From Gordius albopunctatus (Eukaryota): a stretch of 64,000 nt of DNA. Location: assembly GCA_964276515.1 (NCBI GenBank), contig OZ193909.1, positions 5,456,001 to 5,520,000 on the forward strand, written 5' to 3'. Below, one piece after another: positions 13,598 to 27,386 of the stretch (the first letter of the stretch is position 1; each line of letters starts with the position of its first letter). The translations under genes and the position numbers were made by a program. The notes under the pieces were generated by a model that had not been told where the DNA came from, did no database searches, and saw only the letters and a list, made by a program, of their open reading frames with translations.

Positions 13598-15070
13598 TGT
13601 GCCCTGCAAAATAAAATTTATTCTGCCCGAGCCGGAAAGATTTTTTACCCGAGCCCGACCCGATTTTTTAAATAAAATTTTTGAGAAATATATTTTTGAA
13701 AATCATTTCACCATCTTAATTAATATAAAATGCATTAGATTGTTATTACACGTATTTACAACTAGGATAAGTCTGAAATAAAAAAATTTTAACTCGTTAT
13801 AATTTATTCGGTTAATCATTTAAAGCTAAAAATTTAACTTTATAATATATATTTTTAACAGTTCAAACAAAAAAAAACCTTTTGAAATATTTATATTTCT
13901 AAAGTTGTAACAGCTACTATAAATCTATTTATATACTAGAATAAGATTTGCAATTCAGGTCAGTTATATTATAATAGAAAAGGGAAAAAGCTAAAGTTTG
14001 GAAGCTATGTAATGTACGCTGAGCGAAAAATAACACGGTTCAACAAGAAAAATTAACCAGCAAACTGTTTACAGATTCTGGTAGAGTTTTTAACGGTGAA
14101 CACAAATATTTTTTAGTTTTTTACCTATACGTCAAGTTTTTTAAATATTCGCTGTCAAAGTTGCCAAAAACGCGATTTTAGCGTTTTTCAAACGTCAATA
14201 ACTTGCAAATTAGTCGGTAAAAATTTAATAGATTTAATACGTAGATATATGGGAGAGGAATGTATTGACAATGTTTTTCATCGTAGCACTTTTACTTTTT
14301 AAATTATATACAAAATTAATTATCCCTACTATCTTTTACATTGACAAATTACACCAGACTTGAGGGCGCCCTCCCTTCTCTTCAACACTAGGAATTAAGT
14401 GCGTGTTGTTGTTTTGGTAATAGTAGTACTAGAGTAGATAAACAACAACACAAACAAGTTTTAAATCCGTCATCCCATGCACCTTAAAATTATAACATTA
14501 ATTTGTGTACAAAGGGCAAGCAATTAAAAAGCGATAAGTGACTTTATTCTAGAAATTTAGTATTTTTTGACTAAAAATCGTTTCTGCTCAAAAATGAAGC
14601 TCTTCAAAAAAAAGCTGATCAGAAAAAAAGATAATAAAAAACAATTAAAAATTTAGACCCTAAAATGTACTTGATGTCTTATGAGGGAGGAGTATGTCGC
14701 ATAGCAAATTTGAAAATAAAATTTAAATATTGAATATATAAAGATGGGTTAGATATTCAAAAATAGGATTTTTAAAAATAAGATCTAATTAGATTTATTA
14801 ATAAGATATCTAAAAAAAGTATAGATATTCAAAAATGGTATAAAAATGGGATATTCAAAAATGGTGGGAAAACTTCCGTTAGAAAGTTAAATCTAAATCG
14901 CGAAAGAATCTTAAAAATCCATGGATTAATCTAAATTGCGGGAGAATACGTTTAAATTCTCAATGAGATATTCTGCACTATACGTCAAAATTGCCAAATG
15001 TTCCTATTGGTTTATTAGCTTTTTTCTGTTCCGCTTTTTTGAAGAGCTTTTTTTTGAATAGGAATCCTAA
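13598..15070. mobile_element. Rearranged family B MITE copy with an internal unrelated insertion
   Basis: Blocks at about 13600-13785, 13790-14020, 14575-14750 and 14950-15060 match parts of the 16244-17221 element; about 14020-14570 is unrelated sequence. Confidence 0.6.
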
Positions 15071-16243
15071 AATTTTTAGAAGAAAACAATTTAATCTACA
15101 ATGCAAAGTCGCAAGGGTTGCCACTTTTGCCATAAACACCAAGTGCGCGAATGTTAAATTGATAAGTGCGACCGTGCAAACAATGACGCGCCCTTTTAAA
15201 AGAATAAAAGGAAACCATAGTTAGTTCAAAAATAGGATTAGACCCTGGAAATCGAGTTGCTAAAGGACTTTATTCGAGCGTATTGCTGATGTTACATCTG
15301 CAAAAAAACAAGCTGCGAAATCTCGTCATTTCTCACATCTGCCGCTTTGGGGGCAAGGAAGAAAATTTAAGTACAAATGAAACCGAATGACGTCAATTCA
15401 TAAAAATAATTATATGGCCGGGCCATCGTGAGTGACAAGAAGCCTTATATTTCATTTGTGAAAGAGACCCATTAAAATAATTAATTTCGCTCTCGGGCGC
15501 TGAATAAATTATACATAAAGTAAAATAATGGTGCACCACTGCTTGTTGGGGCGGGCAAACTGGTTTTAGTGCCAACGCTATGATTGAGGCAATGAATTCG
15601 CGGTTTTCAAGTTCATTACTTTAATAATAGGATGCTGCCGCAAAAAATAACAAAGATAAGGGATGGGAGGATCGCTTAAAGGAGAATGGATGTAAAAAGG
15701 CGTGTCTATGGAAAATGTTACAAAATAGAAAGGGAAAAGGGGGGGAGGGGGGGTATGATGGATGGGGTTAAATTATTTTTATCGCCAAAGAGGGTAATGG
15801 CGATGAAATGGCGGTTTAAAGCGAAAACGCGTCTACCTACTCGCACCACGGGCAGCCTGCTCGTAAAAAAGCAATAAAGCTGAGTGAAAGGAAGCATTTC
15901 ATGTATTAAAGACTAACTTTTGGCTAGTCTCGCGTGATGTCCACATAATTAAGTTTGTAAAGATTATAGTTAACCGATAATAATAATTAGGGTGAAAAGG
16001 CGTTTTAAAAATTTGAAACTGATTATATTTAAACCCCCGTCTTAATATGCGATTCAACTTCGAAGCGCCATATTTTTTTGTCCAAATATGCGATTTACAT
16101 TTCGTGGAATTAACAATTTTTAGTTTAGTTAACCATGTGAATATGCATTAGTTAGCGTAATTAAAGGATAAATAATGGTTTTATGAGCAAAAACAGATCA
16201 AAACTGACGTGACGCTCGTATTAAGACACGGCTATGTTTTAAC

Positions 16244-17221
16244 TAGAGCCCTGCGAAATGAAATTTCTTCTGCCCCATCCCGACCCGATTTTTCAGATAA
16301 ACCTTCTTACAAGTATATTTTCAAACAATTTTAACCATCTAAATATAAAATGCATTCGATTGTTATTACTTTTACTTTACAACTAGGATAAGTTTCAAAT
16401 GAAAAATCCGTTTCTGTTCAAAAATAAAGCTCTTCAAAAAAAAAGCTGATCAGAAAAAAGCTAATAAAAAATGTACCCCCCTAAAATGTGTTCAAAAATA
16501 CATCTCTTCAAAAAAAAGTTAATAAAAAATTTAGACCCTAAAATGTACTTGATGTCTTATGAGGTGAATGTCGCATGGCGAATTTGAAAATAAAATTTAA
16601 ATATTGAATATATAAAAATGGGTAGGGTTAGGGTTCTCAATTAGACATTCTGCACTATACGTCGAAATTGCCAAATGTTCCTACTGATTTATTAGCTTCT
16701 TTTATGATCAGCTTTATTAACACATTTTAGGGTCTAAATTTTTTATTAGCTTTTTTTCTGATCAGATTTTTTTGAAAAAGAATCGAAAAATCCATTTTCA
16801 CTCGTTAAAATATATTCAGCTAATCACTACTTAAAGCTAAAATTTAACTTTATAAAATATATTTTTTACAGTTCCAAATAAAAAACTTTTTGAAATATTT
16901 ACTCATCTTATTTATAAAGAATTGTAACTTATAAGAATCTAATTAAATACTAGAATAAGATTTGCAATTTAGGTCAGTAATATTATAACAGACAAGGGAA
17001 AAAAGCTGAAGTTTGAGAGCTATATAATGTACGTTTTGCGAAGATATTGAATTTATTTGAATCCTATGTTATAAGAGATTAATTTGCTTTAGTTCAATTC
17101 GGGCCTCGGGTCGGGCTGCCACATCAGGCCCGAGACCCGAGCCGAAGGCCCGATTATTTTATAAAATTTTGCCCGACCCGGCCCGAAGGGTCGGACGTTG
17201 GGCGGCCCGTGCAGGGCTCTA
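16244..17221. mobile_element. hAT-type non-autonomous element family B (TAGAGCCCTGC TIR), nested in a Harbinger-like MITE (about 16031-17280)
   Basis: TAGAGCCCTGC...GCAGGGCTCTA with perfect 8-bp TSD GTTTTAAC. The host element ends TATTAAGACACACCC|TAA at 17280. Confidence 0.88.
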
Positions 17222-18294
17222 GTTTTAACATGCATTCGCTTTTTTAATCTAGATTCAAAATCGCGTATTAAGACACACCCTAATTCGAGAAAAACGTGCA
17301 AATTAGCAAAAAAAGGTACGCGAGGAGAACAATGGACTTTTGTAACAAAATTAAAAAGGTAAATGATTTATGGGTGTGTTTGTAACGCGCGGTGGTAATA
17401 AATTTGAAATTTTAATTAGTTGAAACTGGGGGAGGAGAAAGGCAGCAAAGTACAAAGTTCAGCAACAAGTTTCGCAACACATAATATTTAAGAATGGCAA
17501 GCGTTGCTTATTGAAAAATAAATTTTATTCCTAGATACCAGTAAAAACTTTTCAAAAAAGTCAAAGAATTTTGAACTCTCGCAAAAAAGACTCTAAAGTC
17601 AATGAGTAAAATGGTTGAAATCGATATTTTTGAAAAATTTTAACCTGTTTTAGGTATAACGAATTTTCGGATTTTTTACCTACTTGTTGAACAAGCTATG
17701 GAAAGATAAAATTGATAGATGAAAATTTTTTAAAAGGTCTTATAACAAATATATAACAAAATCCAATAACTAACTACAAATACTAAAAGACAGCATATTA
17801 AGGACACACCCCCTTTTTAATAATAATAATAATAATTTCCGGACTCTATTGGTGTCTATTTGCTTTCGCCCGTCACGTAGGCTAAATGAACTATTTTTCG
17901 CCTACTATAAAAATCAGTCAAAATTCCGAGAACGAGATAGCCCAGGGGTACGCAGCGAACGAGAGAAAACTAAGTGCGGTCGAAATGGGATAGCGATATA
18001 TTGTTTTTTCTGCAAACAAAAATAATAAATATTTTGCTCTTTTTTCAATATTTTATTTTTTTATATATAATATAAATCTGCAAAAAATTATCAATTGCTA
18101 TGCAATTTTTTTATCTTGACTGAAGGTTATAGAAATGCTCAAGATGCTATCGTATGTAACAACGTATACTTCCTAGACTAAACCCGAAAATTGCATAGCA
18201 ATTAACGTTTCAGAAAAAGAATTATTAGCATAAAAATAAGCCATTTAAAAATATATTTTTACAAAAAGCCTTAACTATAACAATGAAGTACGGT

Positions 18295-18439
18295 CATGCA
18301 TGTGCATAGGCAGCATTGGGATTAGAGGGGGGGCAATAATAATTTAGGGAGGGGGGAAATCATAATTTTTTGAAATTTTAGCCATAATTTTAATAAATTT
18401 CAACAATTTTTTTGGATTAGAGGGGGCAGCCGCCCCATG
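18295..18439. mobile_element. hAT-type MITE family A
   Basis: CATG...CCCCATG ends, family A core (GGGATTAGAGGGGGG, GGGGGCAGCCGCCCC), perfect 8-bp TSD AGTACGGT. Confidence 0.8.
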
Positions 18440-18866
18440 AGTACGGTCTAATTAATGGGCATAAAATTAAGTTATAATATTTAATTTATTATAATTTATT
18501 AATTAACAGCAACTAGAGTAAATCATAAAATTCGTTGGCCTTCATTTCGTACAATATGGAATATTTAGTACACGCAACCACATTTTTAGTTAGTTCCCTT
18601 CGCGCATCGAAAAACTAACGCGAGCGTGGAAAAAATCCCTGCCTGCAGACAAAATTCTCGGAAAATAAGCACACATGGGAGACGGACGTGCTAAATATTA
18701 AAAGGGGATTTTAGGCTGAGCCAATTAAAAATTTAATAATATTGCTATTATTGGGTTTAAAATTATATCTTTTTTAATAAACATTTGAGGAAGGGTATTA
18801 TAAAAAATTTGTTCAAAATTTGAAAATTTATCTAAAAATTTTGAAGGGACTTTCTTTTTTATTACA

Positions 18867-19345
18867 ATGGCTAAGCATGATAATCCTAAAAATGGTGGTT
18901 TGATTATATTTTTGGCAAAGGAAAAGTGTTTTTAGCTTGTCTTGCAATTTGACTAGCAAGAGGAAGTGTTTTTAATGGCCATAATTGTTTGTTACTTAAC
19001 TCTATTTAGGCAGAGCTAGCCATAAATTAACAGTGAAAATTGGAAAGAAACCAAGGTTGATAAATGGTGTTTGAATTAAAAATTGGCCTAGTTGAAGAAT
19101 ATATTCTCTTTAGAATATATTTTGTATGCAAAAATTTGGAAATAAGTGTAATTTTTGAAAAGGTCAGCCATAAAAAATGTGGATTTTGAGCTTAACAAAA
19201 ATTAATTTTAAGGTAAAAAGGCAATTATTATCTACTAAAATAAGAAAAGGTTTAATAGTAAAAATAATATAAAGCCTTGCTGGGAGATAAAGGCAAATAG
19301 TATTTTATTTAAGGAACCAATCAAGATATTAGAGGTTTGTTTTAG
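18867..19345 (+). other. Candidate spliced small-ORF gene (about 65 aa basic peptide) or spliced lncRNA
   Basis: ATG in ACAATGG context; exons 18867-18894 (or 18897), 19010-19055, 19114-19162, 19213-19249, 19314-19345 join in frame through GT-AG introns, two with CTTAAC branch-like motifs. Lies in a CpG-free block downstream of a CpG-rich patch. No family recognised. Confidence 0.35.
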
Positions 19346-21618
19346 AGATGGTACAAAATGATGTAATATTTGCATATCCACAAATTTTGCCAAAATATGA
19401 GGGTGAGCAAGAGACATGAGATACAACACATTTGAGTAAATATTTAGCACCTTCCTTTTACTAAGAGATGGCCACACCTCCAAAATAATAATTTGCAAGT
19501 TTTTTTTATTCAATCTATATATTTAACAGCAATATGAGTTAGTATAAATTTAAGTATACAAGTCCTAACAAAATCAAAATTAACCCAATTACAAGATTGC
19601 ATATATATTTTAAACTAACAATAAAAAGAATATGCAATTGCTTAAATAATTATGGATGTGGTACAAACTTTAAATAATTTCTTAAGGGGTAGAAGCTTAA
19701 AATTATTCTTGGGTTTTATTCTGTAAAGAATTTTGTTGAAATAAAATTTATAATATCAATAGCTTAAAAATATTCTGATATAAATTTTTATGAAAAAATA
19801 TTGGCTAAAGCATTTATGCACAATGTATTATAATTTGAAAAATATGTAAGGAACATATAACTAAAAATGAAATAGATGTATGCAACTAAATGCAAATTTG
19901 TAAAATATAATTTAAAATGATGAAAACTAGTTAAATAATGAAATCAAATATAGTGCTTACAAATGAATAGTGGCCACAAATAATGTCAAACAATTCTGCT
20001 TTCAATGAAATGAGGAAAATTCATATGGATTAATTGGAATCTTAAAAGCTTGATAATTATTTCTAACACTACCACCAAACCTAAAGTATAAATTTAAATA
20101 TTAATTGCTGTTAATCCCTTTTTGGTTTGACCCTAAATATTAAAGGTTTTACGAAGCTCAACCATCGCCTGCTAGTAAAATCAATTCTATAAACATACGA
20201 GATAGATAACTCATTCATATTTTAAAATGCATTCTTTTAATTACTTAGCTATTTTATTTTTTAACGCCAAAAAAACCTTGTATGCTATTAGCTGAGAAAT
20301 TTGAATTAAAGTGTTGTTTCGGCTTAAACCTATCTTTGGGATAGGCGTGAAATATATTTGATAGAGTCATAGGGTTAATTTTTTATTAGGTTTATTATGC
20401 CTTTAATTATTTCGAAAGAAAATATTTTTAGTTTGTTATAAGCTGCCTAAGATTGGGGGTTATTGAGTGTTTTAGCTACTTATTCTATGCAATATTATTT
20501 TAAATTAAATTTTTTAAACTGTAATTTAAATTAAACTTAATGTTTATAAAAACTTTATTTTATACTAAACTTACTCTTATGTTTTTTTGTTAATTAAGTA
20601 GTTCATTTTACAGAATCACAAATTATCCCAATCCATTTTAGTTACAGATTATGATATATAATTAACATAAAGTTTTATAATAAACAGAATTATGTATGAG
20701 TCAGATATAAAGTATCCATCTGAAGCCACATATGCTGATAGCAATAATTTCACTAAATACACACCTTAAATGCAAAATATGATATGAAAGACACTATTTA
20801 GGACTTATAAATAAATGGAGAGGCTAAAGAATTTTACTTAAGTGTACACATCTATATATGGGGTAACATTATAGAACAGTAATTATTTATCACTATCAAA
20901 CGAGTTTTTTTATTATATGTTTCCAAGAACTAATTGCCCCCCTATGTCATACTGTAAGCCTTCAAAGCCATATAACACTATATTTGTGTTTTGTCATGAT
21001 AAGTCACATTTTGGGGCAGACTTAATAGTTTTTATATTACTAAAGTTAGAATCATCGCCAATTTGCTTTGAATTTTAAAAAATAGGAATATTCTAAAGTC
21101 ACAGCACTCGATTAAATATTTTATGCCATAGTGTAACTTATTCTCAAAAGTCAGTCAAATTACGAATATTTCGCACAAATTTTATAAAGATCTTTCTAGT
21201 TATTTATATAAAATAGTTATTTCATATAAATTATTACTTTTTTGATTAATCTTTTAAAGGCTGCTATCTTGAGATTTTTGATAGTGGCGATCGCCTTCAT
21301 GTTGACCAACATCGAGACGGAAGTGTATAGAAATTGTAATCAGGGTTATAATATAACATTTTTAAACTGATTTATTTTATTTTAATTTCCCGAAATAAGA
21401 AATTTTACCATTTTTAAATACCGTGATCTTTTTTCGTAAAGTGGTCTCATGCCGATAAAAAAATTAATAAATTTTAGAAATCTATTTGCTCTAATATTGA
21501 AGCTTGTCTATCAAGAAATATTTGTTAGAGATACTGAAGTGTTGTTGACAAAAGCTTATGATCCATAATAATTAATTAATTAATTAGTTCTAGGCAACCA
21601 ATGACTAACGTAACCGCA

Positions 21619-21775
21619 CATGGGCGTAGCCAGGGGGGGAGGGGAGGCATCTAAATCCAAAAAATTGTTAAAATTTATTAAAATTATTGCTAAAAGTTCA
21701 AAAAAATTTCATTTTTCCCCTCCCTATATTATTGCCCCCCCCCCCTCTAATTCCAATGTTGGCTACACGCACATG
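21619..21775. mobile_element. hAT-type MITE family A
   Basis: CATGGGCGTAGCC...GGCTACACGCACATG; flanks TAACCGCA/TAACAGCA (7/8). Confidence 0.85.
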
Positions 21776-22571
21776 TAACAGCATAAAATATGGTCCTTAA
21801 AAGGCAATTATTACCTTATCGATTTGGCAATTTCCTTTAAAATCAATAATCCTATAAGGCGTAAATAAATTAGCTCATTTACCTTAAGGCTTATATTAGA
21901 TTCGATCAATAAATTTCCTGACAAAAAATGGTTATATACAGCAATTTAAAACCACTCTAAATTCGTTAAATAAGAGATTAGGGCGATATTAAGGATTTTG
22001 TAAATTTTAAACACAAATTTATTACATTATTAAGGCTTCTTTAAAGTATAAGGGTCAGCCGTCACTTTCTGCTTGCTCTTGCTATACCCATATATACTTC
22101 AATTATTATATTATTAGCTTTAATATTTTAAAAATCCTTATTATCTTCCGCTTACCATGAATTCTTATATTTTGCAAATTAATTTCAAATGTGCAAAAAA
22201 CAAATCAGTAAAATTGGAGAAAAAAAACTCAGGATAAATTTAATATCAAACATGAAATTTTCTTTAGATATTTATACCTCTGAAAGACTTAACATATGAG
22301 AGAAATAAGTTAAGTCCTGGCTTTTCAAAATCAAAAAATATAAATTATTATGTTAAAATTTACAATGTTTTTTTTAAATTTTAATAAGGCATTGATTGAG
22401 AAACTTAATATTAAGATGGAACATTTATTTGATAAATTTTGATTGGATAGGGAAGGCAAGTAAGGAAGGATCAGCTCCGTGACTTCTCCCAAACTCTAAG
22501 TGCCCTATGTTATTTATTATGTTAAATTTCAAAAAATCATAGATTTGCTTTACCAGACATTTGGTTCAGTC

Positions 22572-22733
22572 CATGGGCGTAACCAAGAGGAGGAGGGGGG
22601 GCAAGGATAGACGGCTGCCCCCCTCTAAATCCAAAAAAATTGGCCAAATTTATTATTTTTCAAATAATGGTCATTTGCCCCCTCCCTAAATCATTTTTGT
22701 CGCCCTCTAATCCTAATGTGTGCTACCCCCATG
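22572..22733. mobile_element. hAT-type MITE family A
   Basis: CATGGGCGTAACC...GCTACCCCCATG; perfect TSD GTTCAGTC. Confidence 0.87.
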
Positions 22734-23547
22734 GTTCAGTCTTTTCCACAATAAAACCCTGACACAAACCCATATTTATAATATAGACCCTTTCTTATTT
22801 TAGCTAAAATTTTCCTTTCTCAGCCCATAATATGAATGCAAAATGTATTCGGTGTTATCAAAGGCACTTTGCCTAATTTTATATTTTGCTGAGAACCTAT
22901 ATCCATATTCTATTGATCTAATTGTATGGGTGTAGCGAGCAAAGGTCAGATTTGTTTAAATTATTTTGCCCGAAGCCGGCCGGGTTCGATTATATAACCA
23001 TATCTCCGCCCGGGCCCGCCCGAACCCTTCTAACAGAATTTCCCGGCCCGAAATGTAAATTTGGAAAATTTTAGTAGCAATTTTTTCATATTTTCAAAAA
23101 AATAATTCTAGCATAACTAACATATTAATTAAGATTTGTCATTAGCAAACTTTTTTTAAAATAAGATTGGATTATATAAAAAACTTATAAGCGTGATAAT
23201 TATTTAAATTGGGCAAATGGGAACAAAAAGTTAGATAATATTTGCTCAAATGTATTCAAATGTATTTTAGTTTTTATTATTGTTGGTTTCTTCACAATTT
23301 TCAAAATGTCTTCAATTTTATCAGATCTTATTACTACAAAATTTCTTATCATACAGCACTAATTCCCCCTTAGCTTTAATAAAGAAGTTATTGTCAATTA
23401 CTATTGGAGGAATGCGCAAGTCATGTATTTGATTAAATAATTGCTTTTATTGATCAATTGATCAAGTCACTATCAAAACACCAATAACATATTAGGCACT
23501 GATTGCCTGCATAGCATTAATCAAATAGATTGGCATTGTACTCCATC

Positions 23548-23705
23548 CATGGGGCTAGCCAGGATTGGGATTAGAGGGCGGGAAAAACGACTTAGTGGCG
23601 GTCAAAATGATCATTTTTCAAGATTATTTGCATAATTTTAATAAATTACAACAATTTTTTGGATTTAGAGGAGAGCAGCCGCCCCTCCCCCCGGTTTCGC
23701 CCATG
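23548..23705. mobile_element. hAT-type MITE family A
   Basis: CATGGGGCTAGCC...GGTTTCGCCCATG; flanks ACTCCATC/ATTCCATC (7/8). Confidence 0.85.
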
Positions 23706-23808
23706 ATTCCATCTGACCCCTTTGTAACATTTATAAACTTTTAAAGTATATTTATTTTAAATCGGTTTTAATGTATTCGTAAAAACAGTGGCGTCATAAT
23801 ACTACTTA

Positions 23809-24089
23809 GGGCTTGTCTTAATATCGGATTCAGATTCAAACGGCGCGAATTTATCTTTATCAAATATTCGATTCAATTTCATGTGTCAAACTCGATTGTA
23901 ATTATTAATATTTTGTTTTTTGATAGTCAAAACCTTTTTTTTTATTTATTTCAATTCTTGAGATTAATCGCTGTTATATAATGCGTCTGAAATGAAAATC
24001 TGGTGTGAATTCGAAGTTTAGACACGACTATATTATAACCCATACAACGATTTTTGCTGCGCAGCAAAATCCGATATTAAGACAAGCCC
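23809..24089. mobile_element. PIF/Harbinger (Tourist-like) MITE
   Basis: Perfect 22-bp TIR GGGCTTGTCTTAATATCGGATT with 3-bp TTA TSD on both sides. Related ends occur at 17280 and 43291. Confidence 0.88.
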
Positions 24090-25705
24090 TTACACAAAAA
24101 TGGGCAATAAGACGTCCTGCTGCCCTGTTCCTGTTTTTTTTTTATAAAGTTAGGGGTAAAGGGGTGGGGGGATAAAGGTAATGTTTTTTGCGAACTTGCT
24201 TTAAAAAAGGCTTTTAAAGTAAACCTATTTCAAAAATATGATGATAAAGTAACTATTTCCGTCTATTTTCAACTCATTTGAACTTAATATTTTTAAGGGT
24301 TAAAAGCGATTGCTCCACCAGACAACTTAAAGTACACTTACTTACACTTAGGAATTTTATAAATTTAAGAGATAAAAATTTTTTTCCAAAAATTATTTTG
24401 CTTAAATTGTCAAATGTTTAAAGTATGTTATTCCAAAGCCTTAAATGTCAATTTAAAATTATTTAATATAACATTATAGTGGACTATTCAAATTTTTACT
24501 ATGAGAAAACAAGATTGTACGGTTAAGAAATCAGTAAATTTCAAGCAATTTTAAACAAAAAATCCTTTAAAATAAATAAAGTTAAATAAGGGATCTTGAA
24601 AATTGCAACTCAAAAATCGCCAATTCTATTTTCCCTAAAATTGTACAAACTTCATTCAAAAAATGGGATTTCAACTTTAACAAAGAATTACATCTCCATT
24701 GCCATTTTACCGATTGTTTTAATAAAAAACTTAAAATTCCGAAGTGGTTTTAACGGTTTGGCTAAATGTAATAAATTAAGTAGTATCGATTTTAAACATA
24801 CTAATTCAATTTTAGCCAATTATTTTTAATTTAATTAATAATTATATTATTATCAATATCTTTCATGACTTATTTAATAATTTTTTTTTATTAATAACAT
24901 CATGGACGCTAGGAATCAAAAATGATGATACAAAACTTGATTAAGCGCATACAATTTCTCACTTCTTTATTTAAATAATATAGTTTTATTAAAATATACT
25001 ATGTATAAACCATAATTTTAAATAAAAATATTTTTGGATTAGGAAAGGGTAAGCTAAGTGAGTAAATTAAAAAGGGTCATATTTCAAAAGTGCTCATTTG
25101 TTAGTTCTCCTTCAACCTTAATTTGTATGAAGTTTCGTGAGTAAACATTCTCAGAACTAGGCAAATAATGCCAACTCAACTCAGATAACTCAGATCCCGA
25201 TGAACAAATCTGTTTTTTCATTTCTCTCTTATATATAATACAACAAAATTACAACTTTACCGCGTGACAGATAAAGCGTGTATGCTGCAATTTGATTCTA
25301 CTAAAACTGTTAGCAATAACAACTTAGGGATTTACCAATGTCAAGATTGATTGGGAAATGCCTATTTCAATTTTCTTCAATTTAAAAATTACGCTACATG
25401 TTGTTTAGAATTTGATGCCTTAGTAAGTATACAGGTCAGTTATTAATTGTTTAGCCAAAATCTAATTACTTTTTACTTTAATTAACCCCATAAACCTCAA
25501 TGTTTATATGAGTGCTATATAAATATAATTTGTTCGTGTCTTACACTTGTTTTGAATAAATTTTAGCATCTCATCTATAGAACAATAGAAAAAAAGCAAA
25601 ATGAGTTAACATATACGATTCATTAATTAAAGGAGTCCAATTCCTAGGATTAGGATTGGAAAAAATTTACTCGCTAAAAAGTTTGCTTTTATTAACGATA
25701 ACTTT

Positions 25706-25830
25706 CATGGGCGTCGTAGCCAGCATCGGAATTAGAGGGGGGGTAGGGCAAAATCAACATTTTTTGAAATTTTAGCCATACTTTTAATAAATTTCAACAA
25801 TTTTTTGTATCCTCCTTGGCTACGCCCATG
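25706..25830. mobile_element. hAT-type MITE family A
   Basis: CATGGGCGT...GGCTACGCCCATG; perfect TSD ATAACTTT. Confidence 0.87.
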
Positions 25831-26440
25831 ATAACTTTGATTACTAAACAAATATTGAACGTGTTTATTAGACTAGGGATAATGTTCATTGATGTTTACT
25901 ACAACAACATCCAAGATAGCAAATTTATAATTAATGTGTCACCCGCCTGCCTCTTACTACCCTTATTAGCTAGCTCTGTGCATTAGCAGCGTCCTAATCT
26001 AATTAATGAATGCAACCGGGGGGAGAGAAGCGGTCCTGTTTATCACGAAATGTCTTGCATATGACGATAATAATTTATTTATTGATTTTGAGATTCACAG
26101 TCTATAATGGCAACTTGTGCAATTCATCTAGTATATAACGACAGAATTTCTCTTACGAGAACGAGTGCCAATAAATAATAAAGCTAAAACATACACTTTG
26201 GAAAAGGTTGAGAATGTGTTATTGAGCACACAAACCTCCACTTCACTTCACAGTTGTGAGCCAGCGTGTTTGGAGATAACAAACCACGAAGATTTTATTT
26301 TTTACTAAGATTATGGATATAAATTGGAAAAAAAATTATTTTTCCCCTCCAAGATTATATTGCCCCCTCCCCATTTTGTTTGAATCCTGGCTAAGAAACT
26401 TTTAGATTTATTACCTTCTGTTGCTAAGGGCAATCTCAAT

Positions 26441-27386
26441 TAGAGCCCTGCACGGGCGACCCGAAACCCGACCCGTTGAAAATTTTAAAATGCCTTCGGG
26501 TCGGGTTGAAAATTTTAAAAAACTTTCGGGTTCGGGTTGAAAAATTTTAAACTCGGGTCCGGGTCGGGTTGAAGGTTATGAATTTTATATTGCATAATAA
26601 TAGACATATCTTTTAAATTAATGCCATTATATATAATATTTTATAATTAATATCGAAATGTATGATTAATTTATCTCATACATTCATTTAAATTAATTTC
26701 TTTTAAGTTATATACCTGAATTTTGGAATTGCGCAATTTTGAACTCGGAAAGGTAGAATATCTTGATGGATGCTATAAATTATGATAAACATGTAATTGA
26801 TATAACAGAACTTATGATTTTCTGAACTCCCATTTCTATTTTTTAAATATTAATGTCTCAACTTGTTTAATCGCCTAACATATACACTAGAATAAAATTT
26901 ATTTATCATGATTATTAATCGAGTGATTAAAATGTATAAAACATGATTCAAAAAATTAGAGTTTTTGAAAAAAATAATCAAATTTTCTCGTTTCATTTTT
27001 GCACAATATTGCCACAACCGTTATTGGCCGTAAAATCAAAAGTTCTTGACTCATTTTAATTAGAATATCAGCATTTTATATGTGAAATAATTGCGGGGTT
27101 GTTAATATTCTGAAGATAATAATAACCACATTTGGGAGTGCCGCAATTAAGTTAAAAGTATACTCTAATAAGGGCCATTTTAATTAGAGACTAATTTGAT
27201 TTTATATATATACCTCCTATCTTTTTTAGCTTGTGACCACCCGAAAATGATAGTAGACATATAACGTTTTGCCCCTTTTGGGAGGCAATATTTTGTTGCC
27301 ATTTAGAACCATTAAAATCAATTTTACAATATTAACTTTTTTTACTTTCGGGTCGGGTTGAAAAAAAGGGACTTTGCAGGGCTATA
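26441..27386. mobile_element. hAT-type non-autonomous element family B
   Basis: TAGAGCCCTGCA...TGCAGGGCTATA, ACCCGA/TCGGGT subterminal repeats, perfect TSD ATCTCAAT. Confidence 0.88.

Noticed and set aside
19917..20010. ATGATGA C-box suggesting a C/D snoRNA
   Set aside because: No CTGA D-box at a suitable distance and no terminal stem.
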